64,000 nt of DNA from a bacterium (lineage in GTDB: Bacteria; Cyanobacteriota; Vampirovibrionia; Gastranaerophilales; Gastranaerophilaceae). The stretch lies in NCBI GenBank assembly GCA_017542305.1, contig JAFXXK010000008.1, positions 1 to 64,000 of the forward strand, given 5' to 3'. Under the pieces are notes generated by a model. The model did not search any database, was not told where the DNA came from, and was given only the letters and a program-made list of their open reading frames with translations. Both the position numbers and the translations under genes were made by a program. Below are positions 17,945-27,600 of this stretch, in pieces. How positions within the stretch are numbered: position 1 is the stretch's first letter; every line of letters starts with the position of its first letter.

Positions 17945-18436
17945 TCAGCCTTTGAATCTGTCGGATAAATAGCTTAGTATCGCACCGCCGATTTCTTCGT
18001 TGGGATCAAAATTTACTGGCGGTTTTGGGCGTAATGAATTTTGGATAAGCATGCGGACTAAAGGTCCGAAACCGTCAGGAATTTGTGTTTTACGGTATAT
18101 TCCGGCAAGAAAAGTCTGGATATTCGGGGACTGTGTATAATTAAATCGTGATAACCCGTGATACAATTTATCAACACCTTTTGTGCCGTCATCAATCATC
18201 CTGTTTAATATATACAGGGTTTCGGTTATCTGTTCTTCATTCATTGAGTGGGTAAGTATTTCGTTTAGGTACGGCAGCGCATTTCCTTTTTGCTTAACGA
18301 AATAATCGACTTTTTGCTGATTAAAAGTACGATAATTCGGCTGCTGACCGTATTGCGGCGGATATTGGTATCCGCATGTATGATTAATTGCTATGCTCAC
18401 CGGTTGAATCATCCTATTCTCCTTATGAATAAACAA
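17945..18436 (-). CDS. Hypothetical protein, 163 aa. It is the last gene of a three-gene operon.
   Basis: The gene overlaps the upstream gene by 14 nt. No recognisable motifs were found. Confidence 0.5.
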   Translation of the reverse strand: MFIHKENRMIQPVSIAINHTCGYQYPPQYGQQPNYRTFNQQKVDYFVKQKGNALPYLNEILTHSMNEEQITETLYILNRMIDDGTKGVDKLYHGLSRFNYTQSPNIQTFLAGIYRKTQIPDGFGPLVRMLIQNSLRPKPPVNFDPNEEIGGAILSYLSDRFKG

Positions 18437-19925
18437 ACGGCGGACCGTTCTTTATTTCAAGTAATATATTTTCCGCTATTGTTTTCAGTTGCTCTTTTGA
18501 TTTGCCCTCATCAACTTTTCTGTAAAACTCGTCAACAAGCGGCTGAATAGCGGCGTCTTTTTTGGCTTTAAAGTTGCGTAATTCCGTTGAAACAAGCCTG
18601 TTTTGCAGGTTTAACTCTGTTTGTGCATTAATCTTTTTAACCTGAACTTCCTTTATTGCATCTCCTATTACTTTGCCGCCATAACTTACGGCAGCAAGTG
18701 CGGTTGTACCGTAGAATAGTTGCTGGAATTGCTTATTGTCTGGTTCTATAAGCATGTTATAGAAAAATGCTCTGTAATCATCAACGAAAGATGAGAAAGA
18801 TGGTTTTTGAGTGCCGTCTCCGCCTATGTTTGGATTTACTTTTACCGTGGATGTTTCAATTTTCTGATTAACATAACTTACAAAAGATTTTTTCTCTTTG
18901 TCTTTCCAGGGAGTTTTGGCTACAACTGCTTCTATATCAGCTTTTGTGGCATTTATGAACTGAAGCATGTTTTCAAGATAATTTTTCACAAATTTTTTAT
19001 CTTTACCGGATGCCGCAATAATAGCCATATCCTGTTTTGTTTTTTCAATAAATTTAGCGGTTTCTTTGCTTCCTGCCTGAAGATTTTTAAGGGAAAACAG
19101 CGACAAACCTACAATTGAAGCAAGCGTACCTGCTCCAAGAAGAAAATATCCGAGATTTCCTCTGTTATTATTTTCTTCTTTGTTGACTCTTTGCCCAAAT
19201 GCTAATTCTTTAGAGCTTTTAAACATCCCAAACGGTTGTTCTGCCGGCTCTGAATCTGTCAGATATTTTGAAAACATTTTGGTTTTTTCTGAAAGTGAAT
19301 TTCTTATAATTTGCATTTTGCCGCTGAATGAGCGTGTTTCTACGGCTATTAATTGTTCCTGCAGATTTTTCTGAATGTCTGCTTCCCGTTTTTTTACCCA
19401 GACATCTTTAAACCCGTCCATAAAAGTTTTACCCATAAAAGCCATAGCGGTCAGGGTAAGAACCCCCAGTCCCGCTCTGATGGTCTTTATATTTGGGTTT
19501 TGAACCATCTGGACAATAGCCTGAACGGATTCTTCATTGATAGAAATATTTCTTGTGAAGGAGGTTATCCATTTTTCTTTGGCTATTTCGTTTGTAATTT
19601 TTGCATTACGTTTAATGAACATTGAAACCCCTGCAAATATGCCCATTACGCCTACCGCAAGTGCGCTAATCGGCAGCAGACTTCTTTCGGGATTTGTTCG
19701 GTTTTCGTTTAACTGACGCGGTAATTTAACCTCATTTGAGATAATCAGGGCATCTCGGGTTTCATCAAGCGACAACGGAGTGTTAATAAACGAATCGTCA
19801 TCACCTTTTACAAAGGTATTAACAATAACCCCTTCTTTGGTTTTATTGTTGTTTCGCCTCTGTACACCTGTTAAATTTCGCTGCTGACGTCTTGTTTCTC
19901 CGTCATTAAATTGTATCGTGTTCAT
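18423..19925 (-). CDS. Hypothetical integral membrane protein, 500 aa, about four TM helices, with long Lys-rich soluble segments
   Basis: The hydrophobic segments are LLPISALAVGVMGIFAGVSMFI, IRAGLGVLTLTAMAFMG, LGYFLLGAGTLASIVGLSLFSL and FYGTTALAAVSYGGKVIG. The gene is translationally coupled to both flanking genes. Confidence 0.6.
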   Translation of the reverse strand: MNTIQFNDGETRRQQRNLTGVQRRNNNKTKEGVIVNTFVKGDDDSFINTPLSLDETRDALIISNEVKLPRQLNENRTNPERSLLPISALAVGVMGIFAGVSMFIKRNAKITNEIAKEKWITSFTRNISINEESVQAIVQMVQNPNIKTIRAGLGVLTLTAMAFMGKTFMDGFKDVWVKKREADIQKNLQEQLIAVETRSFSGKMQIIRNSLSEKTKMFSKYLTDSEPAEQPFGMFKSSKELAFGQRVNKEENNNRGNLGYFLLGAGTLASIVGLSLFSLKNLQAGSKETAKFIEKTKQDMAIIAASGKDKKFVKNYLENMLQFINATKADIEAVVAKTPWKDKEKKSFVSYVNQKIETSTVKVNPNIGGDGTQKPSFSSFVDDYRAFFYNMLIEPDNKQFQQLFYGTTALAAVSYGGKVIGDAIKEVQVKKINAQTELNLQNRLVSTELRNFKAKKDAAIQPLVDEFYRKVDEGKSKEQLKTIAENILLEIKNGPPFVYS

Positions 19926-19927
19926 TA

Positions 19928-20629
19928 TTAAGTAAGTCCTTTTTGTTCTGCTTTAATGTTATCATCACCCGTTATCCGTTTGTATAAATCGTGTATAAAT
20001 GTTTTTAAACGGAAGGCTTTTTTGGTTTCATCAACCTGTTTATCGTCATTTTTGGTATCTTTTGATTCAAAAATAGTGAAAATTGATTTTATTTTCTTTT
20101 TAAATTCGTTAAGCGGTTCTCCGATTTTCTTGGCAATTGCAGCTTTCACTTCGCCATATACTGCGGCAAGTTTATCGGATATATCCGCAAACTTTTGTAT
20201 AATATTTTGTGTAAAATTCTGAATGGCTCCCGGAATATTTTTTATAAAATTCAGAGCTCCGCCGATAACCGTATTTAAGATAAAATTAGCCGGTACTGAT
20301 ATTATGGGCGGAAAGGTTCTTGATATTGTGCCTGCAATATTTGCTATACGCTGGGCGATATTTGCCATATTCTTTTCAAATTCGGCGACTTTCTGTGCAA
20401 AACTTACCGCATCCTGTTGCTTTTGGGCTTTAGCGGCTTTTTGTGCTCTGAGCATCGCACCGATAGCGGCACATTCATTCCAGCTCATTTCTCCGGGTTT
20501 TGCCGTATGGTCTGCTGTTTTCATTCCGCCGCCCATGCCGTTACAAATCGGACAAGCACCAAGCGGGGCTCCATGCGGACATGTCCCTGCGGCTCTTATT
20601 CCTGATTGTTGCATTATTGCCGACGGCAT
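19928..20629 (-). CDS. Hypothetical protein, 233 aa, with an N-terminal Cys/His cluster (CPHGAPLGACPICNGMGGG, containing a CxxCxGxG element) and amphipathic, partly hydrophobic helices
   Basis: It is the first gene of a three-gene operon. The 5' end is unusually GC-rich for this window. A possible membrane-inserting segment is FPPIISVPANFILNTVIGGALNFI. Confidence 0.55.
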   Translation of the reverse strand: MPSAIMQQSGIRAAGTCPHGAPLGACPICNGMGGGMKTADHTAKPGEMSWNECAAIGAMLRAQKAAKAQKQQDAVSFAQKVAEFEKNMANIAQRIANIAGTISRTFPPIISVPANFILNTVIGGALNFIKNIPGAIQNFTQNIIQKFADISDKLAAVYGEVKAAIAKKIGEPLNEFKKKIKSIFTIFESKDTKNDDKQVDETKKAFRLKTFIHDLYKRITGDDNIKAEQKGLT

Positions 20630-20853
20630 TAAAAAATCCTCTCTGATAATACATTAAGAGGACTGCAAAGAATTATTCCGAACTTTTCCAAAATGCGCGT
20701 GAAAAAGTTTTTCTTTGAGTGTTCCGGCTTTCCCGCTTCTGTGCGGCATACGGTTGCGGCTACAGTCGGGGAATTTCACCCCGTTTCCTCTTAATAGATT
20801 TATCCTAAAATAACGCAGCATTGATGTCAACAAAATGTAATGTTTAATTAAGC

Positions 20854-20888
20854 AAAAAATACCGACTTATTAGTCGGTATTTTTTTTG
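20854..20888. terminator. Bidirectional rho-independent terminator
   Basis: The perfect hairpin ataccgac-ttatta-gtcggtat is flanked by A6 and T9 runs. Confidence 0.6.
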
Positions 20889-20914
20889 CGCTTTTCGAGA
20901 TTGCATTAAAACTT

Positions 20915-21124
20915 TTATGAAATAAAATCTAATTTTCTTGCTAAGGGTGATACTCCGTTTACACCTTCCGAATCTGCGTGTCTGGGGTGGTTTGGAGTAT
21001 AGGAAGTAGATGCAACGGCTTGTTTCATAAACGGATTATCGTTTCCGCTCAAATTTGCTGCCGGAGTCGATTTTCTCAAGTCAAATACATTTAATGCACC
21101 TAGTCCAGATATTAATGGAAACAT
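20915..21124 (-). CDS. Small hypothetical protein, 69 aa. It is a paralogue of the adjacent small ORF.
   Basis: An AAGGGG SD lies 9 nt upstream. The C-terminal segment NPFMKQAV...SPLARKLDFIS matches the neighbouring ORF. Confidence 0.45.
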   Translation of the reverse strand: MFPLISGLGALNVFDLRKSTPAANLSGNDNPFMKQAVASTSYTPNHPRHADSEGVNGVSPLARKLDFIS

Positions 21125-21260
21125 GATAGATTGCCCCTTAATTTTTCCTTACATGTATATAAAGATTTTAGCACATCAAAAATTGCTCAAAAATCTTTCA
21201 ATTGTAAAGAAATATTAAGCGGCAAATGTTATAATATTTTCAGCTCTCTATAGTTTTGTT

Positions 21261-21503
21261 TTAGCCGACCAAATCCAAAGATCTGCCCAATGTAGGGCTG
21301 TTTTCAACAGACGGGTATAACGGGTTGTATGCTTTTCCCGTAAACGGATTTACACCTGTCATTTCCTGTTGTTTGAAAGTTCTTTGATTTGATTTCTCTT
21401 CTAAATTAACAGGCTGCACCTTGAATAGTTGCTGAGCCTGTATTGATTTAACCGAATAATCCAACTTCTTGACCTCTCGATTATCTTGCTCTCTCAAATA
21501 CAT
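21261..21503 (-). CDS. Small hypothetical protein (80 aa as called; the real start may be the internal Met, giving about 33 aa). It is a paralogue of the 69-aa ORF.
   Basis: The shared core is NPFTGKAYNPLYP...SPTLGRSLDLVG. No SD precedes the first ATG. A weak SD precedes the internal ATG at MTGVNPF. Confidence 0.4.
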   Translation of the reverse strand: MYLREQDNREVKKLDYSVKSIQAQQLFKVQPVNLEEKSNQRTFKQQEMTGVNPFTGKAYNPLYPSVENSPTLGRSLDLVG

Positions 21504-21513
21504 AAAAAATTTT

Positions 21514-21547
21514 AAAAAACGACTATTTCAATTTCTGAAATAATCGT
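21514..21547 (-). terminator. Rho-independent terminator after the bifunctional nuclease gene
   Basis: The hairpin cgactatttca-atttctg-aaataatcg is followed by a U-run on the minus strand. Confidence 0.5.
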
Positions 21548-21573
21548 TACAAAGTTAACAATATTTTTATATA

Positions 21574-22089
21574 CTATTGATCACTTTCGTGATGGTCGTT
21601 ATCTTTCATGAGTTTTGCGAAATCGGACGGTTTAATGCTTTGGACAAATTCTTTAAATTCCTGAGCTTCTTCTTCGTCTTTAGCGGAATCAGTAGAAACA
21701 GAACCGCTTGAAAGAACGGTCGGAGCAACATAGATAGGTGCATCAACTCTTATTGCGATAGCAATAGCATCTGATGGGCGGGAATCTATTTCTATATATT
21801 CGTCTTTATCATTCTTTAAGTATAATTTTGCGTAATACGTTTCTTTTTCAACATCGTTTATTTCGATTTTTTCAAGCGTATAGCCTGTTTTTTCGATAAC
21901 GTTAATTATTAAATCATGAGTCATGGGACGGGCAACAGTAAGATTTTCGATTTTTCTTATAATAGCACTTGCTTCTGCAGAACCTATCCAGATAGGTAGT
22001 GCTCTTCTGTTTTCTTTATCGTGTAAAACTACTATCGGGGAGCCTGTTCTTGTATCGAGGGCTATACCCATAACTTTCATTTCTATCAT
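21574..22089 (-). CDS. Bifunctional nuclease family protein (DNase-RNase domain, DUF151-like)
   Basis: The core is MIEMKVMGIALDTRTGSPIVVLHDKENRRALPIWIGSAEASAI...RPMTHDL, which is the typical BFN core. Confidence 0.6.
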   Translation of the reverse strand: MIEMKVMGIALDTRTGSPIVVLHDKENRRALPIWIGSAEASAIIRKIENLTVARPMTHDLIINVIEKTGYTLEKIEINDVEKETYYAKLYLKNDKDEYIEIDSRPSDAIAIAIRVDAPIYVAPTVLSSGSVSTDSAKDEEEAQEFKEFVQSIKPSDFAKLMKDNDHHESDQ

Positions 22090-22237
22090 TTGTCTTTGCC
22101 TTTCAAAATTCTTTCAAAACAATTATAACGATAAAACGGCAATTATTCAATAGTAAAACAGTATATAAAATAATATTTATTTTTTAAATTTTTTCCTATA
22201 TAATCATGCCAAAAAGAAAGACAGAAGGGAGAAAAGT

Positions 22238-23212
22238 ATGAGAATAGGAATTGTAGGTTACGGAAATTTGGGCAGAGGTGTTGAGTTTGCGGTTAAACAG
22301 AATCCTGATGTTGATTTGGTTGCCGTATTTACAAGAAGAAGTCCAGAAACTTTAAAAATAAATTCTGACGCAAAAGTTGTCAGCGTTAATGATATTGAAA
22401 ACTGGAAAGATAAAATCGACGTATTGATTTTATGCGGCGGAAGTGCTACGGATTTACCCGTACAAACTCCGAAGTATGCTAAAATGTTCAATGTTATAGA
22501 CAGTTTTGATACTCACGCAAAAATTCCTGAACACTTTGAAAATGTTGACAAAGCGGCAAAAGAAAGCGGAAAAGTTGCAATAATTTCCGTTGGTTGGGAT
22601 CCGGGTTTGTTCTCTTTAAACAGAATGTATGCTAATGCGATTTTACCTGAGGGTAACGATTATACGTTCTGGGGTAAAGGTGTTAGTCAGGGACACTCTG
22701 ATGCTATCAGAAGAATTGAGGGTGTAAAAGATGCTAAACAATACACAATTCCTGTAGAAAAAGCTCTGCAGTCAGTTAAAAATTGTGAAAATCCGACTCT
22801 TTCAACAAGAGAAAAACATACAAGAGAATGTTTTGTAGTAGCTGAGGAAGGCGCGGATAAGGCAAGAATTGAAAAAGAAATAGTTACTATGCCGAATTAT
22901 TTTGCTGATTATGATACTACGGTTCACTTTATAACAGAAGAAGAATTAAAGAAAAATCACAGCGGTATTCCTCACGGCGGTTTTGTTATAAGAACGGGTA
23001 AAACAGGAAACGGCACAAATGACCATGTTATAGAATACAGTCTGAAACTTGATTCTAATCCTGAGTTTACGTCAAGCGTTCTTGTTGCATACGCAAGAGC
23101 TGCTTTTAAACTCTATAATGAGGGGCAAAAAGGTTGCAAGACAGTATTTGATATTGCACCTGCATATCTGAGTCCAAAATCCGGTGAAGAATTAAGAAAA
23201 ACAATGTTGTAA
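22238..23212 (+). CDS. ddh: meso-Diaminopimelate D-dehydrogenase
   Basis: The Rossmann N-terminus is MRIGIVGYGNLGRGVE. The length of about 320 aa and the overall pattern fit DapDH. Confidence 0.7.
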   Translation: MRIGIVGYGNLGRGVEFAVKQNPDVDLVAVFTRRSPETLKINSDAKVVSVNDIENWKDKIDVLILCGGSATDLPVQTPKYAKMFNVIDSFDTHAKIPEHFENVDKAAKESGKVAIISVGWDPGLFSLNRMYANAILPEGNDYTFWGKGVSQGHSDAIRRIEGVKDAKQYTIPVEKALQSVKNCENPTLSTREKHTRECFVVAEEGADKARIEKEIVTMPNYFADYDTTVHFITEEELKKNHSGIPHGGFVIRTGKTGNGTNDHVIEYSLKLDSNPEFTSSVLVAYARAAFKLYNEGQKGCKTVFDIAPAYLSPKSGEELRKTML

Positions 23213-23213
23213 A

Positions 23214-24095
23214 TTATCCCTTAAAAACTGATTTAATAAATTTCTTAACCAGAAATTTGTAATAATTGTTTTTATACGGTGTAAACTTTAGGTAATCATA
23301 ATATGATTTCCACAGTTTATGCCGGCAATTTGTGTTCCACGGTTTCATTGCCCCGTTAAAGTGGATTATTACGGGATTATTTATGGCATCACGGATTTCT
23401 TCATCGGAGTATACCACGCTATGGGTGTCAAAAAACGCATTTTGCTGCAGGTTGTATTTCGGAGAAACAAATCGTACCCTGTCTTTAAATGTATAATTCA
23501 TTACGTCCTGATCCTGCCAGCGGATTTTGTCCTGAAGTTTAAGCTGATTTTTGAAAAGGGTGTCTGCAATATTATCTTCCTGCCAGAGTTTGTTATTAAT
23601 CAGTAAAACTCCTGCATTAAAATATTTATCCAGACCGAGTTTGGAGTAATCTTCAACCGCACCTGAATAAAGTTCTTCAACTGCAGCAACATAGCAGTCT
23701 GAAAGTTCGGTTTTCCATAATTCTTTTAATGAACTTTTTACCACAACATCGCAGTCAAGATACAGGCATTTGCCAATTTCGGGTTTAATTTTTGGGATAA
23801 GATATCTGTAATATGTTTGTTTTGAAATATGTTTGCACTCAGGTGACATTTGGACATCTTTGAATAAATCATCATCAATTTTTATAAATTCAATATAAAA
23901 ATCTTTGATTTTTTTTAGTTTATTCAGGTTGTTTTTATGCTTTTCCGAGATTCCGCCGTCAAGAATAAAAAAATCAAAATTGTCATCGGCTGCCGCATTT
24001 TTTAATATGGAAGTAATCGTAACCGAAAGATGCGGCATATAATTGTTATCTGCTGCAGCAAAGATTTTTATTGTATCTGTAGTATTGTTTTCCAA
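23214..24095 (-). CDS. Glycosyltransferase family 8 (LPS glucosyl or galactosyltransferase-like)
   Basis: GT8 motifs are present: FAAADNNY, YYRYLIPKI, LYLDCDVVV (DxD), NAGVLLIN and DQDVMN. Confidence 0.7.
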   Translation of the reverse strand: MENNTTDTIKIFAAADNNYMPHLSVTITSILKNAAADDNFDFFILDGGISEKHKNNLNKLKKIKDFYIEFIKIDDDLFKDVQMSPECKHISKQTYYRYLIPKIKPEIGKCLYLDCDVVVKSSLKELWKTELSDCYVAAVEELYSGAVEDYSKLGLDKYFNAGVLLINNKLWQEDNIADTLFKNQLKLQDKIRWQDQDVMNYTFKDRVRFVSPKYNLQQNAFFDTHSVVYSDEEIRDAINNPVIIHFNGAMKPWNTNCRHKLWKSYYDYLKFTPYKNNYYKFLVKKFIKSVFKG

Positions 24096-24161
24096 AATAT
24101 TCCCGCCAAATTACTAACTGTATAGATAATATTACAAATTGCGTTTGCGGGCAAGCAGATG

Positions 24162-24473
24162 TTATAACCCCAAAATCATTTTATTGATATTAGCGCCGTA
24201 TTCCATAGTCATAATTACGGCTTTTGTGTTTTCATTATTTTGTTCTTTAGTGTATTCGTATTGTTCGGGATTTATTTTTTTATTTTCTTCTTTTCGTTTG
24301 GCTTCTCTTGCTTTTTCAACCTGTTCTATTAAAGCTCTTGCCTGCGCTTCGGAAGTTACTGTTGCGGGGTCAATTCCGAGCGCAATTAATTTTCTTCGGG
24401 TTTCTTCGCTGATTAGTGCGTTAGCCGAACAACAGTATGAATTTGCGACATAACTCATTGCATTAATTGCCAT
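24162..24473 (-). CDS. Small hypothetical protein, 103 aa
   Basis: It is an ORF with a Lys/Glu-rich helical C-terminus and no recognisable motifs. Confidence 0.35.
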   Translation of the reverse strand: MAINAMSYVANSYCCSANALISEETRRKLIALGIDPATVTSEAQARALIEQVEKAREAKRKEENKKINPEQYEYTKEQNNENTKAVIMTMEYGANINKMILGL

Positions 24474-24618
24474 TGACGATACACATCCTTTCTGTTAAAT
24501 GTTTAATGATAAATTTTTAACAGTCAACATTTATAATATCGGTGAAATTAGAAAAAACTTTAATCAATTTTCAAATGTTTGTCATATAATATCTGTATAG
24601 GGATATTAGAGGTTATTT

Positions 24619-27600
24619 ATGAAAAAATTTTTTAAGACTTGTGCTTATTTATTTGGCGGACTTTTTGTAATTTTATATATAGGATTTTTGTTTGTTCTTC
24701 CGCATGTTGTGAAGCTCGAACAATATAAGCCGGAAATTCAAAAACTCGTTAAAGATTTTACGGATTTGAATTTGGAGTATGATAATTTAAAAATAATCAC
24801 AACCCCTCTTTTAGAGGCCGGGATAAAAACCGATAATGTAAAAATAACCTTGCCCGATGGGTCTGAATTACTCTCTGTTGACGGAGTAAAAGCAAAAGTG
24901 TTTTTACCGAGTATTTTGTGGCTAACGGTTAAGGTTTCGGGTGTTGATGTAATTAATCCAAAAATATTTGCGGATATTCAGGATGATGAGCAGTTTAAGG
25001 CCGTAAGATTATACGAAAATCTTGTAAACAGGCAGCGTAAGGATAAACTCGAACATCCCGAAAAGTATTCTGCGCAGGAAGCCGAAAAAGATGACCTGCC
25101 CATTGATATTTCAAAAATTCGTATCAATATCCAAAATGTAAAACTAAAAAATTATAACCTTGTGATTAATGACGAGAAAAATTCTCATAAGTTGGTGTTA
25201 AAGGGTGATGAGATAAAACTCGGTTACGATAATGGTGAAACTGCAAATCTAAAAGCAGATTTACACGTTTTGAGTGATGACAGCGAAAATATTACGGCAA
25301 ACGTTGATATAGATACTTCATTACCAAAGTTTACCCCTCAGGAAAAAGAGGAAGACTTGGAAGCGGTTTTTGCAGTACCTTTTGTTAATCCGGTTACGAC
25401 ATACAGAACGTATAATCTTAAATCTGATATAGATTCAAGACTAAAAATCCGTATGAATTCAAAAAATAAGAACGTCAAGGCATTCGGACATCTGAATATC
25501 GAGGATACCCAAATCACAATGTCGGGTTTGGAATTCCCGAAATCTCATTTCAGATTTAATGCGAATGACAATATAATAAATATTGATTCTGATTTATATG
25601 TAACGGAATTCGATGATATATTATTCAACGGATGCTTCAGACATGGTAAAAATCCTTATCTGAATTTGAGTATTGAATCTCCAAAGGTATATTTTGCCAA
25701 TCTTTTTGCCGTAGTTAAGGCATATCTCGATACGGTGCAGATAAAAACCGATATAGACAATATCACTGCAGGCGGATATTTCCATGCTAATGCCGATTTT
25801 AAGACAGATTTTGAAACCCTCACATCATCAGGTGCTTTTGTCGTTCGTGACGGAAATATTACCGATAAAAATATAGGTTTGGTATTTGACGATATAAGAG
25901 CAAATGTTTCATTAGATGATAATATTATTAAATTTGACGGAACCCATTTGTTAATAAACGGAAAACCTCTGAATATCTCAGGTAAAATAAGTCAGGATTC
26001 CGTTACGGATTTGTATATGTCTGCGGACAAACTTCCGTTAATGGGTTTATATAAGGCTTTTGCCCCAAAAGATATTAAAAATAAATATGACCTTTTGTCA
26101 GGCTTTTTAACTGTGGATGCAAACGCAACAGGTAAAATCAAAGAATTAGTTGCTGTTGTAAAACTTAATTTGGATGATTTTGTTATAAAAGATAAGACTG
26201 ATTTATTTACGGCTTCAAACAAGCTTTTAACCTTAGGGGTAGGAAGTTATGACGGAAATATTAAAGCGAAGCTGAAAAATCAGGGTTTTGAATTTTCATT
26301 ACCGTTAATACAATCTGTAATAAAAGACGATAATATGCTCGTTGAACTGGATAATGAAACTATTAAAGTATTTCCGTCCGATGTGAAATTTAACAGGCAA
26401 TCTGTTGTTAATTTCAGCGGTGATATTACAAATTGGGCTAAAGCTCCAGTAATAGATTTCTCGGCGGGCGGCGGTATTAACACTTCCGATTTGGGCATTC
26501 TTGTCGGAGAGATAGCAATACCTTACTTTGAAAGTCAGGGTATTATTCCTGTTAAGGCTGCTTTTAATTTGGCGAAAAATAATATGTCATTTGTTGCTCA
26601 GGCAAAAGCTGACAATGCTAATTATTTTACTCCCGTAATAATGAAAGATTTGGAAAATCTTCAGACTATATTTCAGGTAAAGGCAGTACATAAAGGTAAT
26701 ACTCTCAGAGTAGAAAATACCGGCATGTATACAAAACCGAACGAGTCCGATTTCGGTGAAGATTTAGATGCCAATATGCACAATACAAAAAATCTCGTAA
26801 ATGTGCGTGCAATTATTTCCAATACTGATATTCAGCCTTTTATAAGTCTGTTTAAAGTCGATATCCCGCAGCCGTTAGAGGGTGCTGTTGCGATATTTAA
26901 AAATTCCGGCTTTAATATTCAGGCAGGGTTATCCGCATACGGGAAACCGGAATCCCCTGTGTTGACGGGTAAAGTTCTTGCAAAAAATATTCGTGTTCCT
27001 GAAATATCTTCTCAGGTTGACAGTTTATTATTAGATTTAGGTGCAAGAAATATTGATATTAATGTGAACAGATTAAACCTTGGCGGTACTGTTTTCAGAC
27101 TATCTGCCCGTACAAATTGGAAAGATATAATGAACAGAGTTTTTGAAGATGTTAATGTCAGCTCACGTTATATAGATGTGAATAAAATCGTGAAATTCGG
27201 CGATGATGTTGCAAAGGCTTTCCCTAATCCAAAGGAAGCCATAGAAGAATCCAAGGATAAAGATTTAACTATGAATATCCCGCTTGAAGTTAAAAACGGG
27301 CATATAAGATTCGGTAAAATTGTCGTTGATAAAATATATTTAGATAATACAACGAGTGACCTTGCTTTATTGGATAACGTATTGTATCTGGATAATTTAA
27401 AAACAAGTCCGCTCGGCGGGTCAACAGAAGGTCAGATTTCAATGAATCTTGTGACTTCCGACCTGAAAGCAAAACTTAGCGGAAAAGATTTTGATGTTGA
27501 AAAGATATTACTGACAGTAATGGATATGAAAGATATGGTTACGGGTAATATGAACTTCATTACCGATATATCTTTGAGTGGAACCGATATGGAAACTCAG

